DNA of 64,000 bases from NCBI GenBank assembly GCA_028534125.1, contig CM052832.1:10852001-10916000 (forward strand), read 5' to 3'. Origin of the DNA: Lama glama. Its lineage: Eukaryota. The notes beneath the pieces were generated by a model. That model had not been told where the DNA came from and searched no databases. It worked only from the letters and a program-made list of their open reading frames with translations. Positions 37,761 to 48,681 of this stretch are shown piece by piece (the first letter of the stretch is position 1; the number at the start of each line of letters is the position of its first letter). The position numbers and the translations under genes are program-made.

Positions 37761-39290
37761 TTTGTGTTGCTATTATTACCACCCTTGAGCTGATTCTTAA
37801 AGAACGAGTCTGTGCTTTCTTGGTAGACAAGGAGCTGTGGGGAGCTGGGAAGAAGTGGCTTCCAGGTATATGGTGTGATTTGCATGTACTCACGTCTTGT
37901 GGGCAATTTTATGAGAGTCCTGGTCTTTGCTAATTCAAAGAAGATGATCAGAACAACTGATATATGCAAAACATGTAACTGACTAAAAACTAACGGGTCT
38001 TACATCCATCCCAGGAACATCGGGAACGCAGTCTGGTGGGAGACCCAGAGGGCAGAGTGGCTTGGAGGCCAGTCCCCTCACCCAGGACATGCAGGCTGAG
38101 CTCTGAGAGGCTCACAGACCCAGAAACACACAGACGAATAGACATGGCTCTGGGCTGCCTCCCCCTCCCGGAGCCCACTGCCTAATTGGAAAGGGCCATT
38201 TCAAAATCTTAGCAGAAAGTGGAGTTTTTCTTTCCTTGATGTTGTGATTTGACTGTGAGTTAGCAAAGCATCAGTAGAATCCTAAATGTCTATTTTAAAA
38301 AATCAAGCCTTCATCTCAGCTTGGCACGGGGCTCTGCTCTCCCTTTGTGGGAGGAAGATAAAACGCTTTCATGCGTGTCCTCCTGCCTTGAACGCAGGCT
38401 GGTTAAACATCTCTGGTAATGGCTGAGCTGTGCCAAGGATTTTATCTCTTCCCAGTAACAGTTCCTGCCTTTAAACAGCTTCCATAGGGAAGAGGCATAA
38501 CACACATACAGAACAGAGGCTGAGAAAGGTTTTGGGAAGGAGGGTGTGTTTCAGAGGGGTAGGTGTAGTCATGATGTGAGTCTGTGGGCTGGTGTCAAGC
38601 TTGGTCCCTCGCATCAATTATTTTCTGTAATTGTCACTATGCTGGGGTGGGGGGTAGGGGAGGAAGTGATGGTTATTTTTAACCCCCTTTATAGTTGAAA
38701 AATCTGGAGCCCAGAGAGGCTGAGTGAACCATCCAAGGTCACACCCATGGTAGGGGGCAGAACTGGAATTTCTATCCAATGTGTCTGTTTTCACTCTGCC
38801 AGGAAGTACAGGGGTTCTTCCCTTCTCCCTGTCATGCCCTCACCCCGGGACTAACCCTTGTATAGACAAGGATCCCACTCTGTCATGGGGCCCCTACTCT
38901 GGACCAGTGACCGGTGCCACAGCTTGGTGATGCGGTTTACAGGGGAAGACTCTAAAGCATGGTGTATGCTGAGTCTGAATAAGAGCACAAAACCAGGGTG
39001 GGGAGTACAGAGGGCACTGAAGGAGGACAAGAGGATGGAAGGGGGCATTTTGACAGAGTCCTAGAGGAGAGGAGGGAGGGGGCACAGTGCAACACAGTGG
39101 ACACATTGTGGTGCTGCTCTGGGAGCCAAGAGCTGTGGGTTCACATTCAGCCATTCCATTGAGGCACTAATGCATGGCCTCGGAAGAGCCTTGTCTCTAC
39201 CAGGAGCCTTGGTTTCCTCATTTTAAAACTGAGTAGCTAAGCTCTAGGCTTTCTGAGGTCTCCTTGAGTCCCAAGACTCTGGGCGTTTAT

Positions 39291-39390
39291 CAGAGCTGCT
39301 ATACATAGCTGTGCAGGTTGTGCACTGCACAACTCCAGGTCGGTGCCCCTCACAGACTGCAGTGTGAGGTGTGCACTGCATTCCAGTCTA
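39291..39390. mobile_element. MER91-like hAT-Tip100 MITE
   Basis: CTGTGCAGGTTGTGCACTGCACAA hallmark. Confidence 0.7.
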
Positions 39391-39850
39391 GGATTCTAGA
39401 GTCTATAAGTGGGTATAGAGATAGAAAAGATGGAAGAAAGGACATGAGAAGGTGGAGAACAGGGAGGAGTTCCATGCAGAGGGAAGAAGCGAATCTCTTT
39501 TTCTCCAATCAAGAGGCAGACAAGTATTTATATACAAAAAGGAATGGTCAGATAGGTGTGTCTGGACCCGAGGTGTGAGATCTGTGGGGTTTGTCACTAA
39601 TCACACTCACCATCCACATTTGAGCATGACCACTTTGATTAGCTCTGATTCACAAGGACAGGGTGGGTCCACTAGGGAGAGACCTCACTGATGGGTTTAA
39701 GATGTGGGGCCTCCAGCTTTCAGAGGCAGCGTCTTAGGGGAAGTCTTCCGTGACTGAGTCCTGTTGGCCTACGGCTCCTCAGCCACACTTCCTTCCGGGC
39801 TTATGGACTTGGTTACTACTTGCTGATAAGTAGTGCCTCAAGAAAAACAA

Positions 39851-39978
39851 CTGTGTGTCCCCTTCAGATAGGGGTTCCTCGAGGACAGGGCTATTTCTCC
39901 CCTCAGACTGGGGCTTCCTGAAGATAGGGCTGTGTCTCCCTGCAGACTGAAGATTCCTGACCATCAGAAACTGTCTCC
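39851..39978 (+). repeat. ~39-bp minisatellite, three degenerate units
   Basis: Units begin at 39851, 39891 and 39930 (CTRTKT..CCC..CAGA....G.TTCCT..). Confidence 0.75.
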
Positions 39979-39979
39979 A

Positions 39980-40420
39980 TCCTTCATTCCTTCATTTGAT
40001 ATTTACTGAGGGCCTACTTAGTGCCAGACATTGTTCTAGGCTCTCAGAATATTATATTAATAAATAACAAATATTGTTAAGCAATAATACTTGTTATTTC
40101 CAAGTGCTGAGAAGCAAACAAAGCAGGGTAACTGATCCTGTAGGGTAGGGTTGTGTGGCTATTTCAGCTGGCATGTTCTGGAAAGGCCTTTCTGAGCTGA
40201 GAGATCAAATAAGAAGGAGGAGGCAGCAATGGGAAGATGGGTGAAAAACATTCCAGGCAGAACTGACCACAAGTGCAAAGGCCTTGAGGTGGGAGGGAGG
40301 AGCAGAAAGGTCAGTGTGTCTGGACACAGTGGCACAAAGATGGGGTCAGAGTTGGGGAGATGACACAGGGCCCCATAGACACTGTGACGAGTGGGAAGTC
40401 ACAGGAAGGGGCGACTGCTA
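39980..40420 (-). mobile_element. L2 3' fragment
   Basis: TATTTACTGAGGGCCTACT..GTGCCAGACATTGTTCTAGG; CATTCCAGGCAGA; GTGCAAAGGCCTTGAGGTGGGA. Confidence 0.85.
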
Positions 40421-40812
40421 TCCTGTGGAGTCTCCTTGAGCTTTCTGTGGCTTCTCTGTGATATGGGCTCAGGGCTCTGGATGTCTGCCTGTGAGAATGC
40501 CATCCCCTGTCCACCTTCCTCACCTTCCTTTGCTGCCCCAGCACTCATAGAGGAAGTAACCTGCTGGAGCCATATCCTTCCTGCAGCCACCCAGGTGCAG
40601 CCCCCTTGACCCTTCCCACCACTCTCTGAACTCCCTGCCCCCGGCCTTGCTGTTACAGACCCGTCCCAGAGCTCAGCCCCTCATTTCCTGCTCCTTAGAG
40701 CCATCTTAATCAAGCCAATGAGAAGATCTTGATCCCAACTGTGGATGTAAAAACAGGGTGCCTGAGAAGTGTGTAGCTGGGCAGACTCAAGAACGCCCTC
40801 ACCTCCAGTCTG

Positions 40813-40880
40813 TCTCCTGGAACTGACAGTCCTCACCTGAAGCCTCTCTCCTGGAACTGACAGTCCTCACCTGAAGCCTC
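40813..40880. repeat. Perfect 34-bp tandem duplication
   Basis: TCTCCTGGAACTGACAGTCCTCACCTGAAGCCTC at 40813-40846 and 40847-40880. Confidence 0.97.
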
Positions 40881-41246
40881 AGGCCCTGCCCTGCCTTTCT
40901 CCACCCCGTGGCATGGACATCAGTAAATGTCTGGCCCTGTCACGTCCCAACAAGTGACCCATTGTTGAAATCTGGCAAATCACTTAACCTCCCAGGTCCA
41001 CAGTTTCCCCAGCTGTAAATGGGAGTAATGGCGCATACTTTGCAGGGTAGAAATTAGATAGTAGGTACTGGGGAGGGGGCTGCATACATCATCATGGGTA
41101 CCAGTTATTGTTCTTACTGTGTGCCAGGCGCTGTGCTTCACTGGTGTAAGCAGTGTCTCATTTTATCTTCACAGCCCAACAAGGAAGGCACATTATAATC
41201 CCCATTTCTCAAATGAGGACATTGAGGTACAGGAAGGCTACCAGAG

Positions 41247-41473
41247 AGTGGTTCTCAGCCAGAGGTGGCTCTGTTTCCCTAGAGGACATGCTGAGATATG
41301 GGTGTATGGTTTTGGGTTGTCACAGTGGTTGGGGTCACTTTGTTGCGGGGTGGGGTGCAGTGGGGCTTTCTAGTAAATGTGTCCCCTGTGGCAGTGTGTG
41401 AAACACACTGGAACACACTACACAGGGAGAACTGACCGCCCAAAGTGGCAATAGACCTGTTTTGAGAAACATT
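41247..41473 (+). mobile_element. MER20 hAT MITE between MIR fragments
   Basis: AGTGGTTCTCA start; GGTTGTCACA; TTGAGAAACA end. Confidence 0.75.
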
Positions 41474-41814
41474 AATTCCAGAACAACCCTTCATTAACAG
41501 AGGAAGGACTGAGTCCCAGGTCAGGTGACTAGTCCAGGCTCACCTGGTGCATCAGAGCAGAGTTAGGACCAGAGCCATGTCCCCACCTTGACCATCACTT
41601 CACCACGCATAGCCCACGCCAGAATGTGAACCACTGCTGACATCAAGGCCATCTGGCAGCACTGGGCTGGTGTGTCCTTCAAGAGCCACTGGCTGTGGAC
41701 TGATCCTCTACTTCCCAGCCTAGAGAAGACCCCCTTCCTCGGCCCTCGCTTGAAGGATGAACTTCGTTATCTTTGATCAGGTGCTTAGATTCCCATTGCC
41801 CACAGCCACCTCCC

Positions 41815-42140
41815 ACAAAGAAGTGTGGATAATTACACTTCTGCCCTCTGTTCCCTGTCACTGATAATTGCAATTAATCCAGCACACTCAGTCCAATAAC
41901 AGAAGGCCTAAGTGGCTGTCGCACCTTTCTCCTTTTGATTGAGACAATCCTGTTGCAGGTGTTGTCAGTGCGGTTAGCTCAGTGGGACCTATCAAGGCTT
42001 CTGCAGGGCTATTTCCATGACATTTGGGAGACAGAGCTGAGCCAATGGACTGGGGAGCTGGGCATTTGGAGTCGGGAGCAGAGGGGCAAAGATTTGGAGC
42101 CCTGGGCAATGTGTTGGAATAGAGCTATTTAACCCTGGTC
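41815..42140. promoter_or_regulatory. Candidate homeodomain enhancer
   Basis: GATAATTAC 41828-41836, palindrome TAATTGCAATTA 41865-41876, TAATCC 41875-41880. Confidence 0.45.
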
Positions 42141-42217
42141 TCACCCTGGTTGTCAGACAGCACTGCAGCGTTTACTCTGGCTCCCTACACAGGTCCACCC
42201 CTGCTCCCTCCTTTCAG

Positions 42218-42218
<1 letters not shown>

Positions 42219-42249
<31 letters not shown>

Positions 42250-42250
42250 A
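42219..42250. repeat. (TG)n microsatellite
   Basis: Uninterrupted TG run followed by CATG repeats. Confidence 0.97.
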
Positions 42251-42586
42251 TGCATGCATGTGCGCAGGTGGACTGGTTCTCTTCTCTTCTTCCCTTAGTG
42301 CATTGGTTTGTGTTTCCCATCTAGTAGGAATACCACCACTGTAACCTGTCCATCCAGCTCTCTCAGGCCACAGGTGGGTTCCTGGAGCATCCACTCCCTG
42401 TGAAATCTGGGTTGGGGAACATCAGCTGAATTCTCTGTCCCCAAAACTCTTCCTGAGACCTGAGATTTCCTTGCTACCCAAGTGCCTGAAATTTTACCGT
42501 TAGATTTCTTTCTTTGTGACTTGGCCTGGGTTGGGGTGGGGGTGGAGGACTCTTTTTGTTTTAGTTTTTGTTTTTAGTTCTCTAAT

Positions 42587-43010
42587 TGCATCAGTTAGGA
42601 TTCTTTTTATTGTAAATGATGAAACACTCAGCTTTGTTTAGGTAACATAATTGAATGAATTAATTATTGAAAAGTTCAGAGATGGTCTTTCTGCCTTCAG
42701 GCATGGTTTGATCCAAGGGTTCACAACTGTCAGCAGGACCCTGGTCCCATTTAGCTGTGATTCTTTTGGCTCTGTTCTGTTCTTGGGTTAGTTTTTGTTT
42801 CTTCCTGGCCACCAGCCCCCAACTCCTACTACATTGGTGGCTACAGTACCATCTGGAGATACACGGCTTCTCTCTGGAAGGTTCCTGTAAAAGAAGTAGC
42901 AGCTTTGGAGAAGCCCTCAAAAAAACATCTCACAACTCGCTGACCCAAATTGGGTTATGTGTTCCTTCAACTTCCCTCCCCAAGTAATCATTGTGGTCTA
43001 GGTGGAATCA
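42587..43010 (-). mobile_element. Old MaLR LTR (MLT1K/L-like)
   Basis: TGCATCAGTTAGGATTCTTT start; CTTCAGGCATGGTTTGATCCAAGGG. Confidence 0.7.
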
Positions 43011-43049
43011 GTTACCCCCAGGGCAGTATCATCATATTTATGACGTAGA

Positions 43050-43748
43050 TTGGGAATCAGCAAATCACAGCCCTTGAGCCAGAGGACCCATTTGCAGGTG
43101 GTATTATTGGAGCACAGCTTTGCTCATTGTTTTACACGTTGTCGGCTTTTGCGCTCTACGGCAGAGCTGAGTAGTTGCAACAGAGGCCTAATGCCTATAA
43201 AATATAAAATATTTACAGACAGACCTCATTTTATTCAGCTTTGCTTTATTGCACTTTATAGATACTGCTTTTTTTTTTCAAATTGAAGGTTTGTGGCAAC
43301 CCGCCGTCAAGCAAGTCTATCAGCACCATTTTTCCAACAGCGTTTGCTTACTTAGTGTTTCCATGTCATACTTCAGTAATTCAGAATATTTCAGACCTTT
43401 TCATTATTATTATGTTTGTATGGTGATCTGTGATTAGTGATCTTTGTTGTTACTACTACAGCTTGCTGAAGGCTCAGATGATGGTTAGTATTTTTTAGCA
43501 ATGAAGTATTTTTTAATTAAGGTATGTACATTGTTTTTTAGATATAATGCTTACTAGACTACACACTTACTAGACTACAGTGTGCTGTAAACAACTTTCA
43601 TGTGCACTGGGAGACCAAAAAAAAATCCATGTGACTTGCTTCATTGTGACATTCATTTTATTGCAGTGGTCTGGAACCCAACCTGCAGTATCTCCAAGGT
43701 ATGCCTGCACTATCTAGACTTTTAGAGGAAGAGTTTGCAAACCCTTGA
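43050..43748 (+). mobile_element. MER58A split by Tigger1 insertion
   Basis: TATTGGAGCACAGC..GCAGAGCTGAGTAGTTGCAACAGAG..AAAATATTTA, then Tigger, then CTATCT..AGTTTGCAAACCCTTG. Confidence 0.85.
43216..43707 (+). mobile_element. Internally deleted Tigger1 (Tigger1a-like) MITE
   Basis: TIRs CAGACAGACCTC.../...AGGTATGCCTG; TA on the left, CA on the right; AAATTGAAGGTTTGTGGCAACC and TTGCTGAAGGCTCAGATGAT are Tigger1 end sequences. Confidence 0.92.
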
Positions 43749-44526
43749 CATAGAATGTCAAAGTCAGAAGAGGAATCACACCTCAGCTACCCCCACACCG
43801 TTCCTTATTTGGGCGGAAACTGACCCCATGGACCTAGAGCTGCTCCCACACAGAGGGCGTGGCTTGCTGCTGGGGCTGGAATGGAGTCAGAACTTTCCTA
43901 TTCTTTCATAAACCAACGTCTAAGCAGCAGGGGTCATGCAGATTGGTTTAGGACCCAGTTTGAGACAGGAGAATGGTCAAGGGCGTGTGGAGGGGGAAAG
44001 AGGGGCTCAAGGAGGCACCAAAGGGCAGCTTTCACCTCCTCTACAGCCTTTCCCAGAGGGAACTGGGCCTTGAGCAGGACATTGTGGGTGTCCAGGCTTG
44101 GCCTCTAAGGCTGGGCAGGGGAACATTAGAACCTGACTCCCAAGAAGAGAGACTGCCTCTGCTCAGCCCTGCCATCTGCTAGCTCCCCTGGGGGCTGCCT
44201 AGGAAAGGGGGCCAGAGTTGGCATTTGTATGACCTTACTTCAGATGCATCCAGCGGCATGTGGGCATCGGTCCAAGGGCTGCTTCTTGCTGCAGGTCCTT
44301 CTCCTGGATGCAGCTGAAGTCCACAGGCAAAGCTGGATGTCCAGGAATGACACTGGCTAACATGGATCGAGTGCTTATCTGTGCTGGGTGCTGATCTAGC
44401 CCTTTCTGTGGAATCAGTTACTCCCCACAACTATCTTGTGAGGCAGGTATGGCCATGAGCCCCAATTTACAGATGAGAAAAATGAGGGCTAGAGAGACTA
44501 GTAACCTGTCCCAGGTCACACAGCTG

Positions 44527-44980
44527 TGTCAGTTGGGTCCTCTGGGTAGTAGACACTAAGATTTATTGGGGTTTCTTAAAAGTAATGCCTACAAAAGACA
44601 TACAAAGGGGAGGGGTGAGATTGGGCAGAGAGAGCCTTCAGGCCATAATTCTGATTTGCAAGCTGGGAGAGGGAAGGGGGCCGGAAGGCCTCAGACCACC
44701 ATGCACCAGGTCATGCACCGTGACAGCATCTCAGGCTGCCCAGCAGGGAGCTCTAGGGCAGACTGCCTGCTAGAGGAGTCCAGCTCTGGGCAGAGATTGC
44801 CAGGCCCCAGCAACACCCATGCTTGGTCATTGGCTGGGCCTGACTGGGAGGAACTACCTTTTGCTCCAGAACAGAGGTGGACCCTGAAGGTGCTGTAGCT
44901 GGAGGCTGCCAGCTAACTGCCCTCCTTGTCGCTGAACAGCAAACTCCTCCTAGAAGAAGAGGCATGTCTCCACCACCACC
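44527..44980 (-). mobile_element. ERVL LTR (LTR16/LTR40-like) nested in MIR
   Basis: TGTCAGTTGGGTCCTCTGGG start; GATTTATTGGGG; GTCATTGGCTGGG; MIR core CCAATTTACAGATGAGAAAAATGAGG immediately left. Confidence 0.6.
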
Positions 44981-45135
44981 TCGCAGCTAGGAAATAAACC
45001 AGGTGTCAGACTCCAGGGGTCTGGGGCTGGACACCTGTGTGCTTATCCTGTGCTGTTCCTCGGAAGATAGTGTAGGGGGTATGAGGAGACAGTGCTAGTC
45101 TTGGGTATCCTGGTTCTGCTACCAAGGCAAGTCCG

Positions 45136-45227
45136 TCCCTCCCTTCCTCCCTTCCTTCCTCCCTTCCTCCCTTCCTTCCTCCCTTCCTTCCTTCCTTCCT
45201 TCCTTCCAACATTCCAACATTCCAACA
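45136..45227. repeat. (CCTT/CCCT)n polypyrimidine tract plus (TTCCAACA)3
   Basis: 72 consecutive pyrimidines at 45136-45207. Confidence 0.95.
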
Positions 45228-45579
45228 TTTGCTGAGCATTTGTTGAGTAGACAGCTATGTGCTAACTAAGCCCCAGGAATAAACGCAGGAAATCACAAGG
45301 TCTGCTCCAGCAGGTCAGTAGTCTTGGACTAGGGTGTAGGTCCAGCCAGAGAACCAGCCTGGACCTTTGCAAGCTGGGACACAGGCACTGCCGTCCATCC
45401 TGCTTCACGCAGAGGGGGCCTGTTCTATCTCCAAGCTTCCTCAGTGAATCATCAACCTTGGGATGGGATTTGTGCCCTGGGGTCTAGAAACCAATGCCTT
45501 TGGCACTCCAGGCTCCAGGGCAAGTACTCCATCTTTGCCTTCATCTAGACACAGTGGGTCCAGGCTGAGAGCCAGGCCA

Positions 45580-46160
45580 GCTGGGCAGAAACTGTGGGTT
45601 AAACAATAGATATTCATCAGCTGATGGATGAGTCCGAGAGAAATCAACAAACTCATTTAAAAAGCCAAGCATCCAGAATTTCCTGAATCCTTTTCCTCAC
45701 CCAGCCAAGCCTAGATGCATGACCTGGAAGAGGTCCCTTATCTTGCTGCAAATTATTGCCAGGAAAATCTATGGCCAATTAAACAAGCAAATGTTCCTCT
45801 TGCACCTTTTACTTTCACTCTTTTAAATAAGATGTGGCCTGACCTATGGGAGAAGACGCTGGATGCACCAGTTCTCTTCATCAGACTAAACATTGTCTCA
45901 CAGCACAGACTCCAGGGCTTGGTTATTAAATCAGCAAAACCCAGACGCTCCCAAGATAAACTCCTGATGATGGGGTAATAGCAGTCACCCTGGAGAATTC
46001 CACCTGGTGCGAATCACCAGCGGAAATGTCTGCAGCAGCAAGCATCCTGGCTAAAACAGCCCAACAGCTAATTTGCTGGTTCTTGGCTCAGATGCTAAAA
46101 CGCGAGTGTAACCAGGCTCCAGCGGCTATTGGAAAAGCCTGGACAGTGCAAAATGCGTTT
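45580..46160. promoter_or_regulatory. Candidate SOX/FOX/homeodomain enhancer block
   Basis: AACAATAG 45602-45609, CAATTAAACAA 45776-45786, ACATTGT near 45890; no repeat recognised. Confidence 0.4.
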
Positions 46161-47119
46161 CCTTACCATCACCAGGGGAAAGTCCCAGAAACGCTGAGCA
46201 TCCCTGGTTGGGGAGTCTCTCTCTCCGACTCCAGCCATCTTTGGCCAGTGTAAAGGAATATCCAGACTGGCAGGTTGGGGTAGGGGGCAGCATTTTTTCC
46301 TAAAATTAGTCGGATCTCACCACCTACCCTCCCCCCAGCTCTTCCTGTGGGCCAGGCATGTTCCAGTCCCTGCGGCCCACCCTTCACCGTGTCCTGTCTC
46401 AAGAGCTGTTTCTTTCCGTCTCTGCCTGTCTTATTCTCTCTCATCTGCTTTATCCCATTTCCTCCTTTTCTCCCTCTTTTTCTTTCCTTTTCCTGAGGTG
46501 GGTCCTCTGTGACTTTCCACTTCAATGCCCTCATCTCAGAAAGTTCTTCCTAAACCCTAGGACAGTCTTGGAGCTGTTGTCCTAACCCAGGGCCAGTCTT
46601 GGGGTGTCCCAGTCCTATTTACCCCCTCCCCTCACAAGCACTCCTCCTTCCTATAGCCCCAGTCTGGTCCTAGGAAAAGGTCTGTCTTCTCCATCAGGCA
46701 GATCTAGAGCAGCCCAGGGCCACTGGAAAAGAGGTGCCCCTTTTCAAGGCAGAGGCAGCTCCCATGTCAGGGTGCACATCCCGAGACTTCAGCCCAGCTC
46801 ACCATTAGCCAAGCACCCTGTGTGCAGTGGGTGGAAGACGGGGCTGCCAGGACCTATTTCTCTGTGAGACACAGCTCTGGGGGTGGGGACAGAAGGACCA
46901 CTGTGGACTGAGTGGGTTCTTCTCACTGCTGCAGAGGCAAAGCCCAGAGTGACCATCAGCAAAGATTAGTGGCCATAGATTTCCTCAGGAAGCTTGCTTA
47001 ATGCACATTCCTGGCCCTGCACCCACGGAATCTGCTGTAGCAGGTTTGGCCTGGGACCTCTGAACCCAGCTCCCCAGCGGATTCTGATGCAGACCACACT
47101 CTGAGAGTCCTTGGGTCCC

Positions 47120-47366
47120 CAGAGCAGTAGCCTGGAGCCTTGTCAGATTTGTGTCCCACGAATGAACCCTTTTTACCTCTCACCTCCAAAATAATGGTAT
47201 CAATTTATAAGTTTTATATATATATTACTGAAAGAAAGCCTATTAACAGAAGGAAAAGGAAAACATTTTTTAAAGATAAAAATAAATAGAAATTGTAATA
47301 TTTTCTTCCTACCCACCTCAATTCTGCTTTTTAACCCTCAGTGCTCCCCACTTTGGAGGCCATGGC
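47120..47366. mobile_element. hAT-Charlie MITE (MER113-like), preceded by a MER5 fragment
   Basis: AAATAGAAATTGTAATATTTTCTTCC..CCCCACTTTGGAGGCCA end. Confidence 0.55.
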
Positions 47367-48276
47367 CACAGGGACTGGAGAGGAGAGTCACCTCATTGTG
47401 GGCCCTTCTCCCTGAGTCTGCTCTCTGCCTCCCTAGCCCCAATCAGCAAGTGCCGATTCTCCAGCGGAAACCCAGCCCCTTGTGATTAGGGTGAAACCTC
47501 AGGCTCCCGTTCCCTCCGGCTCCCGTTCCCTCCTCACAATCCGTGAATTCCTCACAATTGTGTTGCCTTTGGAGGGTGTGGGGAGCCGTGGCAGGGCGTG
47601 GTGGGCACCTCCTGACTCCCGGTGTGCCATGACTGCACGTGCTGCACACCTGCACTCTGCGTTTTGCCTTTTGCGTGGTCCTTTCTGTAACCTTCGGCCC
47701 TAGCCACTGTGCTGTGCCTCAGGACTGCACTGATTTAGAGGCGGTTTGTATTTTGGGCGACAGGCTTCCTGACCTGTTAAGTGAGAGGGTCAGGCTGAGT
47801 GATTGCTCAAGCCCCTTCCAGCACTGACGGGCATGGCTTCTACAAACTCTGGCAGCGCCGTTTGTGAGTGGGAGGAAGAGCAAGTGGCGGCCTTGGAAAA
47901 GACCGGGACAAGAGGGGAAAGCTGGTTGGTAAGGAGAGAACCATCTTTCAGCCAGTTATTCAGGAAAGAAAGTTTGTTCCCCATTTATAGTTATTATAAA
48001 ACATCAGCTGTATTCCTCGTGTTGTACGATACATCCTCCTAGACCAATTAACTTCCTTTCCAAACCTCAGTTTCTTTTTCCAAAAAGACAGGATTGGCCT
48101 GGATGACCACTGCAGACCCAAACATGGGTGTAGTCTAAAGTAGATTTTCCCCAAAGGAGGGTCATGAAAAAAAAATCCAATTATTTGGTGAAGCATGGCA
48201 GAATATGAAATTTTCTTGAAACTTTTGTTTCAGGTGTGTGTGCGTGTGCATATGTGTGTGTACGTACTGGGTCACT

Positions 48277-48681
48277 GTACCAGTCAGGGTCTCAAGAATA
48301 AGCAGAAGACACACTCGAATGAGAATAATTTGAGCAGGGTGTCATGGACTATTCACCAAGGCAGAGAATAGAGAAACCATGGATGCAGGGCCAGGGGCTG
48401 GCGGCAGCAGGACCGTTACTACCTCTCAGGCAGAAGGAACGCAGGGAGGGAGTGCTTTCCAGAACCCAACAGTGGAGTCACGTAGAAAAGGCCACCTTGA
48501 AAAGAACAGTGGTCTTGACAGGAGGGACAGCCAGGCTGCTGCAACCCAGCAGGAGGGAAAATACCCGTTTCTCCACCCTTCTGTGTCCCACTGGAGGGCA
48601 AGAGCGCCATGGGTGAGTGCCTTACAGCCCCTGGGGCAGAATGCATCAGATCCAAAGGGATGAAGGGATGATTTCTGGCAC
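48277..48681 (-). mobile_element. ERVL LTR33-like
   Basis: TGTACCAGTCAGGGTCTC..CACACTCGAATGAGAATAATTTGAG..GGACTATTCAC; ends GATTTCTGGCACA. Confidence 0.7.

Noticed and set aside
41392..41410. 8-bp hairpin CAGTGTGT-GAA-ACACACTG
   Set aside because: Short, low complexity and inside MER20; expected by chance
41968..42040. tRNA-like 5' sequence GCGGTTAGCTCAGTGG
   Set aside because: No B box, T-arm or acceptor stem downstream
45006..45239. Gly/Arg/Lys/Glu-rich ORFs
   Set aside because: Translations of the (GGAA)n microsatellite
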